From: a virus
Strand: one strand, 5' to 3'
IMG/VR virus record: IMGVR_UViG_3300032316_000329
Span: 32,001 to 96,000 of that record
Length of the DNA: 64,000 nucleotides
Part shown: positions 36,175-45,250 of the stretch, piece after piece
How the letters are laid out: every line of letters starts with the position of its first letter
Numbering within the stretch: the first letter of the stretch is position 1
Translations under genes and position numbers: made by a program
Notes under the pieces: generated by a model
Database searches by the model: none
What the model was told of the DNA's origin: nothing
The model's input: only the letters and a program-made list of their open reading frames with translations

Positions 36175-38276
36175 TGATTAATAATTGGTTATTAACAGGT
36201 GCTGATGTTGTTCCTGATCAATTTACTCTTACAGATATAACGAATGCATCGCTTAATACAACTTATATCACTACATTAACACCTGTAGGATATGATGGTT
36301 TTGCAGCATGGAGTATTGATTCAGGTCTTGCCAATACTACGGGTAATACAACATTAGGAACATCTGGACTGATAGGATCTGGACAATCACTTTTTATTCG
36401 TAAAACATCTAGTTCTAATTATAATACAACCGTTGATACTGTTTTATCTATTAATGGTATTTCTGATACCTGGTCAATAACCACAAGAGCAGCGGATACG
36501 GTACCGAATCCATTTACTTTTACAAATGTAACATCTGCCGAAAGATCAAATACTTATTCTTCTTCTGTTATTTTAACAGATTATGATTTTGCTTCTTGGA
36601 ATGTTACCGCAGTTGGTGGAGAAGCACAAGGCAGTAATACTGGAACAACTTGGTCTACATCTGGTACAATCTTCTCTGGAGAAACTTTTTATATAAGAGC
36701 AAATTCAGGATCTGCTTTCGGTAATACAGTTATTGCTACTGCTAATGTTGGTGGAATTTCAAACACTTTTACTGTTACCTGTAGAGACGCAGATATATCT
36801 CCTGTTTCTAATAGTGATATCTTTATTGGTGCTGCTATTTTTACAGAATATACCAGTAATACATTAACTATCACAGGATTAGAAGCAAATTTTCCCGTTA
36901 ATGTTAGTGTTAGCGGATCAACAACAGCGTCGAGTCCGTCTTTTTCTGTTGGAACAAGTTCGATTAGCGGAACTTATTTATCTTCTAATACCACAGTAAC
37001 AACAAGCGGAAGCGGAACATTTGTTATTTCCGTGAAGGGAACAACAGGTTCTTCTTTAAATACAAATTATTATACTTATTTAAATGTAGGATCAACCAAT
37101 AATGCTGTAACTTTTAATATACTAACAAGACAAGCAGATGAAACTCCTAGTCAGTTTAACTTTACTGACATTAATGATGCTGTTTTATCCACACAATATA
37201 CAACTTCTACGGTTGTGGTGTCTGGACTAGAACCTAATTATCCAATAACAATTTCAGCATCCGGTGGAACAATTGATGCCGGGACATCATCATTAAGTGG
37301 CACCTTTGCATCGTCTAAGACGGTTAATACTTCTGCTTCCGGAACATTAGTAATGGCAGCAAGAGTGACATCTAGTTCATTTTATCTAACAACAGTAAAT
37401 TGTACCGTTACAATAGGCGGTGTTTCTGATATATATTCTGTTACAACTGGCGCTGTTGGAGAAGATGTTTATACTGCTCCGGGCACTTATTCTTGGACTG
37501 CGCCAGCTAACGTCACTTCCGTATGTGTGGTATGTGTGGGAGGCGGAGGCGGCGGTGGCCGCAACCACCCCAGCGGCGGCATGTATCGTGGCGGCGGAGG
37601 CGGCGGGTTAGGTTATGTTAACAATGTTTCTGTAACTCCAGGATTGAGTTATACTGTAGTAGTTGGAAGTGGTGGTACTGGTTTGAGTTCCGGGGTTAAT
37701 GGATCATCTGGTGGAGAGTCCAGATTTGCTACAACATGTTATGGATACGGCGGCGGAGGCGGCACCGGTTGTGTAGGAACGGGATGCACCGCATCTGCTT
37801 CTTCGGGTGGTAGTTATAGTGGCAGCGGCGGAGGTACCGGAGGTAACTCTCCGCAGCCTGCGGGTTCAACGACGACCTGGCCCAGGACCGGTGGAGGCGG
37901 CGCCGGCGGTTATAGTGGTAACGGCGGTGGCGGCGGAGATTCTGGTTCGGAACGACCTGGAACAGCAGGCAGCGGCGGCGCAGGTGGTGGTGCCGGGGGC
38001 GGTGGAAATGTTACCGGCGGCGGCGGCGGCGTAGGATTATACGGACAAGGAGCAAATGGTGCCGGAGGGATTGACAACGCAGGCGGAGGCGGAGGATCAG
38101 GAGGCAGCAGCGGAGGTACCGGAGGTAACCTTGGATCTACGCCTGGTGGATCATATGGAGGCGGCGGCGGCGCAACAACTAATGGCGACGGTTTACAAGT
38201 TGGATCAAGTGGCGCCGGCGGCGCCGTTCGTATTATTTGGGGTCCAGGTCGTTCATTCCCCAATAATGCAACTTAA
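36174..38276 (+). CDS. glycine-rich adhesin-like protein with N-terminal Ig-like repeats
   Basis: repeated DxxPxxFxFTD/N beta domains, then VCVGGGGGG...GGAVRIIWG polyglycine domain. Confidence 0.7.
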   Translation: MINNWLLTGADVVPDQFTLTDITNASLNTTYITTLTPVGYDGFAAWSIDSGLANTTGNTTLGTSGLIGSGQSLFIRKTSSSNYNTTVDTVLSINGISDTWSITTRAADTVPNPFTFTNVTSAERSNTYSSSVILTDYDFASWNVTAVGGEAQGSNTGTTWSTSGTIFSGETFYIRANSGSAFGNTVIATANVGGISNTFTVTCRDADISPVSNSDIFIGAAIFTEYTSNTLTITGLEANFPVNVSVSGSTTASSPSFSVGTSSISGTYLSSNTTVTTSGSGTFVISVKGTTGSSLNTNYYTYLNVGSTNNAVTFNILTRQADETPSQFNFTDINDAVLSTQYTTSTVVVSGLEPNYPITISASGGTIDAGTSSLSGTFASSKTVNTSASGTLVMAARVTSSSFYLTTVNCTVTIGGVSDIYSVTTGAVGEDVYTAPGTYSWTAPANVTSVCVVCVGGGGGGGRNHPSGGMYRGGGGGGLGYVNNVSVTPGLSYTVVVGSGGTGLSSGVNGSSGGESRFATTCYGYGGGGGTGCVGTGCTASASSGGSYSGSGGGTGGNSPQPAGSTTTWPRTGGGGAGGYSGNGGGGGDSGSERPGTAGSGGAGGGAGGGGNVTGGGGGVGLYGQGANGAGGIDNAGGGGGSGGSSGGTGGNLGSTPGGSYGGGGGATTNGDGLQVGSSGAGGAVRIIWGPGRSFPNNAT

Positions 38277-38285
38277 GGTAATAAA

Positions 38286-38474
38286 ATGAAGTATGATCTA
38301 GAATTTATTAATCCACTTGGTAATCCTGGTACTCATTATGCTTTTGAGGCAGAAACCATTGAAGAAGCTGAGACACTATCTCCGCATTGGTTATCTGCTT
38401 CAAGTCAATGGAGACCAGAACAATTTAAAATAGTTTCTGTTAAAAAATCAATTTATGAAGAAAATAAGGAATAA
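38286..38474 (+). CDS. hypothetical protein
   Basis: AAGGT RBS; tiles the operon. Confidence 0.55.
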   Translation: MKYDLEFINPLGNPGTHYAFEAETIEEAETLSPHWLSASSQWRPEQFKIVSVKKSIYEENKE

Positions 38475-38476
38475 AA

Positions 38477-38926
38477 ATGGCTTATGTCAATACTAAAACA
38501 AAAAAGGCACTAACACCTTTTGAAGTTAGAGCAGAAAATCCGAACATTAGTTTTCCTAATGGACCGTGGGACGATAAACTTTTATCTTCATTAGGATATG
38601 CAGAATTGCGTTTTCCTGATGAACACCCTCATCCAGGTCTTTATCAGAAGTTGGTTGAAGGTGAACCAAAACTAATTGGCAATGAATGGTTTAGAACACT
38701 TGCCGTTATTGATCTAACAGACGATGAAAAAAAATTATTATTAATTAATAAATGGTTAGAAGTTCGCCAGAATAGAAATGATCTACTTTCTGCTTGTGAT
38801 TGGACTCAACTCGCAGATGCGCCAATTACTAATAAAGAAGCATGGGTAGAGTATCGCCAGTTACTAAGAGACGTTACCAAAGTTGATGATCCACATAATG
38901 TAGTTTGGCCACAACCACCAGTATAA
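38477..38926 (+). CDS. tail fibre assembly chaperone
   Basis: RxxRNxLLxxCDWTQLAD...WxEYRQxLRDV...WPxPP. Confidence 0.85.
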   Translation: MAYVNTKTKKALTPFEVRAENPNISFPNGPWDDKLLSSLGYAELRFPDEHPHPGLYQKLVEGEPKLIGNEWFRTLAVIDLTDDEKKLLLINKWLEVRQNRNDLLSACDWTQLADAPITNKEAWVEYRQLLRDVTKVDDPHNVVWPQPPV

Positions 38927-38938
38927 GAAAGATAACAA

Positions 38939-39874
38939 ATGGCAAGTTTAGATTTTCCCAGCAGCCCGACAAACGGTCAGCAATATACACTTAATGGTAT
39001 AACATATTATTACGATTCTACTGTCGGTGCGTGGCTAACATCTGTAGTGGCTACAACATTTGATATACCAACACTATTTTCTGTATCTAATGCCTCTTAT
39101 GGTACCGCCAATGCCGCTTTTGAATTTGCTAATGGTGTATCAACCAATACCACGGCAGCATTTGCCTTTGCTAACGGTGTTGCTGTAAACGCGGCCGCTG
39201 CCTTTGCCGCCGGTAATGCCGAGTTCGCTTTTAGTAATACGATCTATGCGGCCGTTAATAGTGCCTTTGGTGTCATTAATGCTGCCTACACAAGTTCTAA
39301 TGCTGACTATGTGCTTACTAATGCTGCTTTTACAGTTACTAATGCGGCATTCGGTGTAGCAAATAATGCCTATACCGCAACTAATGGTGCTGCGGCATTT
39401 GCCTTTGCTAACGGTGTTGCGACTAATACAACTGCGGCATTTGCTAAGGCCAATGCAGCATTAGCAAATACTACCACAACACTAAACGGAACATTAACAA
39501 CTACCGGTGGTATTACAGTTGAATCTGATCTATCTATTAAAAAGGTTTCAGAAACTACTGTAGCATTAGGTAATAGTGGAACCGCTATAACAATCAACAT
39601 TGGAACAGGAACAGTATTCACCTGCACCTTAACAGGAAGTTGTACCTTTACTCTTTCAAATGTTACATCATCAAAAGCAGCATCTTTTAGTCTAATATTA
39701 ACTAACGACGCAACAGCAGGAAGATCAGTTGCTTGGTCTGGTGGAACTTTTCGTTATCCCGGAGGTTCTGTTTCCAGAACAACAGGCGCAAATGCGATTG
39801 ATATCTGGACTGGATTTACTCCAGACGGTGGAACAACTTGGTATCTAAATATACCTATGAAAAACATTTCTTAA
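38939..39874 (+). CDS. tail fibre shaft protein
   Basis: N-terminal FPSSPTNGQ motif, NAAF repeats, same C-terminal DGGTTW domain as 35377. Confidence 0.75.
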   Translation: MASLDFPSSPTNGQQYTLNGITYYYDSTVGAWLTSVVATTFDIPTLFSVSNASYGTANAAFEFANGVSTNTTAAFAFANGVAVNAAAAFAAGNAEFAFSNTIYAAVNSAFGVINAAYTSSNADYVLTNAAFTVTNAAFGVANNAYTATNGAAAFAFANGVATNTTAAFAKANAALANTTTTLNGTLTTTGGITVESDLSIKKVSETTVALGNSGTAITINIGTGTVFTCTLTGSCTFTLSNVTSSKAASFSLILTNDATAGRSVAWSGGTFRYPGGSVSRTTGANAIDIWTGFTPDGGTTWYLNIPMKNIS

Positions 39875-39891
39875 TTTAAGGAGAAAATTTA

Positions 39892-40092
39892 ATGGCACTT
39901 ACAACAGATCAATTAGACCAATTGGAATACAGAAAAGCTGAACAAGTAATATCATTAAAATCCGAAATGGTTCGAGTAGCAAAAGATATTCTGATAGAAA
40001 ATAGTCGTAATAGTCCTGTTTCTGAAAGAGAGATAACCTCAAATAATGTTATTCAATTTGCAAGCGATCTGATTAACTTTATAATAGAATAA
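39892..40092 (+). CDS. hypothetical protein
   Basis: AAGGAG RBS. Confidence 0.6.
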   Translation: MALTTDQLDQLEYRKAEQVISLKSEMVRVAKDILIENSRNSPVSEREITSNNVIQFASDLINFIIE

Positions 40093-40107
40093 AAGGATTT
40101 TTTTATA

Positions 40108-40689
40108 ATGGAATATATGTTGACACCATATAGTGATAAAATTGAATCTTTTGTTTACTGGGAAAATGCTTTTAACAAAGAGGAGTTAAACTATCTTCAA
40201 AATATTGCTGTGAAATCTCAACAAAATTCTTATGTCTCTGGAGGTGAAAACGGTATAATTAATGAAGATATTAGAAGATCAAAAGTTACTTGGTTACATA
40301 ACAATAAAGACTCTGAATGGTTATATCAAAGAATTGCTAATATTGTGTCTGAGTTGAACTCAAGGTTTTTTAGATTCAATCTGACTGGATTTGGTGAACC
40401 TTTTCAATTAACAAACTATGATAGTAGTTATCAAGGTACATATAATTGGCATCAAGATTTTGGTAGTAAAATAAGTAGGAAATTGTCTTGTGTTATGCAG
40501 TTAACAGATCCAAGTGAATATGAAGGAGGTAATCTAGAAATAATGACCTCTTCTACTTCTACAAAAATTAATAAATGTAGAGGTCTGATAACAATTTTTC
40601 CCTCTTGGACTTTACATAGAGTTTCTCCAGTTACGCAAGGTAGTAGACAATCTTTAGTTTCTTGGATATCGGGCCCGGAGTTTAAATAA
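40108..40689 (+). CDS. 2OG-Fe(II) oxygenase (prolyl 4-hydroxylase/PKHD-like)
   Basis: YNWHQD, RKLS, YEGG, FPSWTLHRVSPVTQGSRQSLVSW. Confidence 0.9.
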   Translation: MEYMLTPYSDKIESFVYWENAFNKEELNYLQNIAVKSQQNSYVSGGENGIINEDIRRSKVTWLHNNKDSEWLYQRIANIVSELNSRFFRFNLTGFGEPFQLTNYDSSYQGTYNWHQDFGSKISRKLSCVMQLTDPSEYEGGNLEIMTSSTSTKINKCRGLITIFPSWTLHRVSPVTQGSRQSLVSWISGPEFK

Positions 40690-41282
40690 TGAGAACTGAA
40701 TTTAAAGAATTTTTTGGTATTTTTGATGATGTTTATCCTGAAAACTTTTGCGAACATTTGATAAATGAGTTTGAAAGAGTTCGGCAAGTTGGAGCAGGAA
40801 GCAACAGAATTAATTCAGAGGGCACTCTTCGCCATTATAAAGATGATTATCAGATATTTGATTTCAAATCGAGAGATTTGATAGATTTTGAACAGCAGAG
40901 ACCTGTGGATGTCTTTTTCAACGGACTTCAAAGTTGTTTTGAACGATATACCGAAAATTTTTCTACACTAAAGGACGTCAACATATATTGTGACACACTA
41001 AAAGCGCAAAAAACCGATCCCGGACAAGGGTATCATATTTGGCACGCCGAAAAGTCCTATAAAGAAATACAGAGAGTATTAGTTTATTGTTTATATTTGA
41101 ATAATCTTGAATCAGATGCCGGAGGCGAGACCGAGTTTTTATATCAAAGAATAAGATTCAAACCTATAAAAAACAGAATGTTAATTTGGCCAGCAGATTT
41201 TACTCATGTTCATAGAGGAAATGTTGTTCTAGGAAATGATTCAAAATATGTTATAACAGGATGGTTCCATTATGATAAATGA
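40689..41282 (+). CDS. 2OG-Fe(II) oxygenase
   Basis: GYHIWHAE, YLN...GGETEF, WPADFTHVHRG, KYVITGW. Confidence 0.9.
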   Translation: MRTEFKEFFGIFDDVYPENFCEHLINEFERVRQVGAGSNRINSEGTLRHYKDDYQIFDFKSRDLIDFEQQRPVDVFFNGLQSCFERYTENFSTLKDVNIYCDTLKAQKTDPGQGYHIWHAEKSYKEIQRVLVYCLYLNNLESDAGGETEFLYQRIRFKPIKNRMLIWPADFTHVHRGNVVLGNDSKYVITGWFHYDK

Positions 41283-41874
41283 ATATTTTAATTTTTTTAA
41301 ACAAAAAGGATATGTATTCATTCCGAATTTAATTGATGATCATTCTATAAAGATGGTATCTAAATATTTTGAGAACTGTTTAAAACAAAATCTATGGAAA
41401 TTAAAAAGCAACGATAATGATAAGGATTTGATAAGTTCATACAGTAGATATGCTGATCCTTTAGTAGAGATTATTTTGGAAAATTGTGTAGAAGATGTAA
41501 AGACTGTAACAGGTAAATCAGTAGTTCCAACATACTCATATTCAAGAATATATCTTAAAGGGGATGAATTAAAGAGACACACTGATAGACCTTCTTGCGA
41601 ATATTCAGTAACAGTTAATGTTGCTTCGGTAGGAGAAAAGTTGTCCCCTGTTTGGGTTAAGGCATTTAATGGTGAATCTAGAAAATATAATTTACAACCA
41701 GGTGATGCAATAATATATAAAGGTTGTGAGATAGAGCATTGGAGAGATCCTCTTACGGACACCGATATAAATGTTCAATTCATGTTACATTATGTTGATT
41801 TAAATGGACCTTATGCTGAATACAAGTGGGATAAAAGAGAATCCTTAGCTTTACCTAGTTCAGAAAGGAAATAA
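41272..41874 (+). CDS. 2OG-Fe(II) oxygenase-like protein
   Basis: PTYSYSRIY, LKRHTDRPSCEYS, GDAIIYKGCEIEHWR, QFMLHYV. Confidence 0.85.
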   Translation: MINEYFNFFKQKGYVFIPNLIDDHSIKMVSKYFENCLKQNLWKLKSNDNDKDLISSYSRYADPLVEIILENCVEDVKTVTGKSVVPTYSYSRIYLKGDELKRHTDRPSCEYSVTVNVASVGEKLSPVWVKAFNGESRKYNLQPGDAIIYKGCEIEHWRDPLTDTDINVQFMLHYVDLNGPYAEYKWDKRESLALPSSERK

Positions 41875-41875
41875 T

Positions 41876-42817
41876 ATGTCTTTGATTTTTTCAAGGATTG
41901 GTAGACTTGGTGCAGGGTTAACGCCAGGTGGAACACAAACATTCAATTCAACAGGGACATTTACAATTCCTTCTGGAGTTACTAAAGTAAATGTTACTGG
42001 TTTAGGTGGAACAGGTAATCCTGGAAATCCAGGTAATCCAGGAACTCCCGGAGGAGGTGCTGGTGGGGGTGGAGGCGGCGGCGCAGGAGGCGCAGGTTCA
42101 CCATGGACGCCAGGCGGTACAGGTGGAGCCGGATACGGATCACCACAGCTGGCAGCGCCGCCCAGTTGGCCGGTAAATAATAGACAATGGAATGGACGCA
42201 GTGGAAGCTATTACTCTGCGCCCGCGGGTACTACCGGTACATCGGCCGATTGTGGACCTTCAGCTTGTAAGTACGGATCACCATTGGGATTATCCGGAAA
42301 TCCCGGCAGTGCTGGAATAGCGGGAAATCCATCTACAGCTTTTGGTTATAATTTTGCTGGAGGAAACTCAGGACCAGGGGGAACAGGCGGTTCGGGCGGA
42401 ACTACTGGACCTGGCGGGTATGGAGGAGGTGTAGGTCCATTAAATGTTGCTACTGCTGGTAATCCAGGTGGAGGTCCAGGGGCAGGAAATGGTGGCGCAG
42501 CTGGTGGGCCCCCTTCAACGCCAGGACAAAGTTTTGTTGGAAAAAACGGCAATCCGGGCACTTTATTTCAAAACTCAGGTGGAGGAGGAGGAGGCGGCGG
42601 CTTCAAGGCGGTAGGCTCACCGTTCACTCCCGACAATGGATCAGGTGGTGGAGGAGGAGGCGGCGGCCAATCTGGTAATCCAGGTAATTCAGGTGGGCCA
42701 GCTGGTCCTGTATCTCCATCTCAATTCAACTGTATTCCTGTCACCCCAGGTAGTCCTTATCCAATAGTAGTCGGATCTTCAGGTGGTCAAGTTACGATTT
42801 CGTGGAATCCACAATAA
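41876..42817 (+). CDS. Gly/Pro-rich, collagen-like adhesin-type protein
   Basis: TFNSTGTFTIPSGVT start, GNPGNPGNPGTPG triplets, polyglycine runs. Confidence 0.7.
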   Translation: MSLIFSRIGRLGAGLTPGGTQTFNSTGTFTIPSGVTKVNVTGLGGTGNPGNPGNPGTPGGGAGGGGGGGAGGAGSPWTPGGTGGAGYGSPQLAAPPSWPVNNRQWNGRSGSYYSAPAGTTGTSADCGPSACKYGSPLGLSGNPGSAGIAGNPSTAFGYNFAGGNSGPGGTGGSGGTTGPGGYGGGVGPLNVATAGNPGGGPGAGNGGAAGGPPSTPGQSFVGKNGNPGTLFQNSGGGGGGGGFKAVGSPFTPDNGSGGGGGGGGQSGNPGNSGGPAGPVSPSQFNCIPVTPGSPYPIVVGSSGGQVTISWNPQ

Positions 42818-42831
42818 TTTGAGGTTATAAA

Positions 42832-43293
42832 ATGAAACTAGAAAATATGTCTAATTTAGAACTTAATGAAGAACTAGATAAACATGAGAAGTATATGTCT
42901 CTTTGTTCTTCAAAAGAAAGAATAAACAGAGCAAGGTCGTTTTGTGTTGGTACTGCTTTTGGAAACACGACCGAGATCATTATGAGAGCAGATGATAAAT
43001 ATATATGGGCAACTTTCAATCAACAAGAGATAGTTGAAATTATACATCAACTTGCTTCTAATATTGGATGTAACATATCTTTACAGCCAAGAGACGATTT
43101 TGCTTCTAGCGAGAGATGGAAAAATAGTAAAGAGAATACACCCTTAAATACTATATTTAATTCCTACTCTACTGTTTTTCATGGTTTACCAGGTTCTCCA
43201 GGATATAGTTTATACAACGAAGCGGGAACAAATAATCCTAGAGAAGTGCCGGGTGGATTAGGCGGCGGCCAAAGATTACCGGAAGAAGAATAA
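42832..43293 (+). CDS. hypothetical protein
   Basis: GAGG RBS; tiles the operon. Confidence 0.6.
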   Translation: MKLENMSNLELNEELDKHEKYMSLCSSKERINRARSFCVGTAFGNTTEIIMRADDKYIWATFNQQEIVEIIHQLASNIGCNISLQPRDDFASSERWKNSKENTPLNTIFNSYSTVFHGLPGSPGYSLYNEAGTNNPREVPGGLGGGQRLPEEE

Positions 43294-43307
43294 AATAGGA
43301 GAATAAA

Positions 43308-43715
43308 ATGTCCATTCTATGGCAACTAAAAAAGATTTCTACAGGGGAACCATTAAATGAACCTCAGGTTCTTCCCGAAAACTGGGGACCTATCTTCGGT
43401 ATGGAGGGTTTTAAAGATAAATTAAGTGATTTATCTTGGGTTGGTATTGAAGATCAAGGCTGGTTTATTGTTGGTGAAGGTGAAGGTTCTTCTCCTCAGA
43501 CAACTCCAAAGAAAGTTTTGGAATGGGAAAGAGCAAAACAACTATTAAGAGATTCAGATTGGTCTATGATGTCTGATGTTCAAATGACCAATGCTGAAAA
43601 ACAAGCATGGGAATTATATAGAAAGAATTTAAGAGAAATTACATTACAAAGTGGATTTCCTGATAATATCAAATGGCCTACTATTCCTGAGACACCTAAA
43701 TTTAATATGATGTAA
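43308..43715 (+). CDS. tail fibre assembly chaperone
   Basis: LLRDSDWS...WELYRKNLREI..Q.GFP.NIKWP. Confidence 0.8.
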   Translation: MSILWQLKKISTGEPLNEPQVLPENWGPIFGMEGFKDKLSDLSWVGIEDQGWFIVGEGEGSSPQTTPKKVLEWERAKQLLRDSDWSMMSDVQMTNAEKQAWELYRKNLREITLQSGFPDNIKWPTIPETPKFNMM

Positions 43716-43734
43716 AAATTAAAGGTTTTTTATT

Positions 43735-44367
43735 ATGTATAATGATGTTATAAGATTTGACTATTTTCCATCTTCAATTTTTCGTGTTGAAAAGTATGAA
43801 TATTTGAACAATGTAAAAAATGTTTCTTATGAATATTTGAAAAAATCTAATCAAACAACAAAATTTAATGAAATATATCCTGTAACGATGACAGAAAATT
43901 TTAATAATGATGTAAGGCTATTAGATTTTACAGGATATATTTCTCAACTTGGGTGGGACATATTATCTTCACAAGGATATAGTGTAGAAGATAAACAAAC
44001 ATATATTACTGAAATGTGGTTACAAGATCATCAAAAATATTCTTCTATGGACTATCATGTGCATGGAGGAGATACTAAATTGATAGGATTTTATTTTTTA
44101 GAATGTTACGACAATGGATCAAAACTATCATTTCATGATCCAAGACCGAGTAAAATACAATCTGGTATACCAGAAAATAATATTGAAGAACTAACATATG
44201 CTAGTAATTCAGCTATGTTTACTCCCAAACCAGGAACATTAATAATTGCTAATTCTTGGTTGCCTCATTCTTTTACCAGAAATCCTTTAGATAAACCTAT
44301 AAGACTTATTCATTTTTGTCTAAGTATAGGTTCATTCCGAAATAATAATTCAGCAATAATAGTATGA
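43735..44367 (+). CDS. putative 2OG-Fe(II) oxygenase (TIGR02466-like)
   Basis: HVH, FHDPRP, PKPGTLIIANSWLPH. Confidence 0.8.
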   Translation: MYNDVIRFDYFPSSIFRVEKYEYLNNVKNVSYEYLKKSNQTTKFNEIYPVTMTENFNNDVRLLDFTGYISQLGWDILSSQGYSVEDKQTYITEMWLQDHQKYSSMDYHVHGGDTKLIGFYFLECYDNGSKLSFHDPRPSKIQSGIPENNIEELTYASNSAMFTPKPGTLIIANSWLPHSFTRNPLDKPIRLIHFCLSIGSFRNNNSAIIV

Positions 44368-44591
44368 AAAAATATTATATAAGATTCAACAAGACAAGAG
44401 GACAACCATACAGAGGTTCTATAGATCATGTTTGGAGGGTTTTTGAAGAAGATCAAGAATATATTTGTAAGAATGTTGAAATAAATGTTCCTTCACACGG
44501 CGAAAAAACAGGAGAAGATTGGAGTATTTGTTGTAATGGTGTTCTGACTATAGATAATGTTACTTCTACTGCTATTATAAATAAAGGGTAG
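44364..44591 (+). CDS. hypothetical protein
   Basis: ATGA-coupled; IRFNKTRG...HVWRVFE. Confidence 0.6.
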   Translation: MKKYYIRFNKTRGQPYRGSIDHVWRVFEEDQEYICKNVEINVPSHGEKTGEDWSICCNGVLTIDNVTSTAIINKG

Positions 44592-44607
44592 TATAGAATA
44601 CTAAATA
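44576..44607 (+). promoter_or_regulatory. tandem late promoters TATAAATA and ACTAAATA
   Basis: 44576-44583 and 44600-44607, upstream of the second fibre operon. Confidence 0.6.
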
Positions 44608-44630
44608 ATAGTAGAACATAAAGGACAAAC

Positions 44631-44975
44631 ATGGCCGAGTATGTAGAACTCTATATTGATAAAGGTACCAACTTTAGCACCACTATCAATATCAATAATG
44701 ATGATACAAATTTGCCACAGAACCTTGCTGGATTTATTGTTACCAGTCAGTTAAGAAAGTCATTACTATCCGTTAATGCTTCTGCTAACTTAACTTGTTC
44801 TGTTTCAGATGCTCCTAATGGCGAGATTACACTAGCACTATCTTCTGCTAATTCTAGTAATCTATCAGCAGGTAGATATTTCTTTGATGTCAAAACTGTT
44901 GATACTCGGGCCGCGAACGCGGTTTCTAGGTTGATTGAAGGAATTATTATTGTTTCTCCATCAATAACTGGATAA
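44631..44975 (+). CDS. BppU-like fibre-base structural protein
   Basis: LYIDKGTNF...GEITLALS...GRYFFDV...RLIEGIIIVSP. Confidence 0.65.
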   Translation: MAEYVELYIDKGTNFSTTININNDDTNLPQNLAGFIVTSQLRKSLLSVNASANLTCSVSDAPNGEITLALSSANSSNLSAGRYFFDVKTVDTRAANAVSRLIEGIIIVSPSITG

Positions 44976-44978
44976 CAA

Positions 44979-45224
44979 ATGTCAAAAATCACAGTAACCA
45001 CAACACCTAAAAATCGGATTTCTATAAATACTCAACAGAAAGGTGTAGTCAGGGTTGGCAGCACAGGACTAACCGGAGCAGGTTTAGGTTCAACAAATAG
45101 ATTGGCCAATATGCTTGATGTTGATGCCTCTGACGCTGATACTAACGAAACATTAGTTTATGATGAAGGAACTGGAAAGTTTGTTGTGAAAGAATTACCT
45201 GTCCTCAATGGAGGGACATTTTAA
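44979..45224 (+). CDS. small fibre connector protein
   Basis: LxxMLDVD...TLVYD...GKF; ends LNGGTF. Confidence 0.6.
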   Translation: MSKITVTTTPKNRISINTQQKGVVRVGSTGLTGAGLGSTNRLANMLDVDASDADTNETLVYDEGTGKFVVKELPVLNGGTF

Positions 45225-45250
45225 GAATTAAATAACCAGGGAAAATTTAA

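Noticed and set aside
37910-38263. Pro-rich minus-strand ORFs opposite the Gly-rich genes (also 42346 and 51218)
   Set aside because: Antisense of GGN runs
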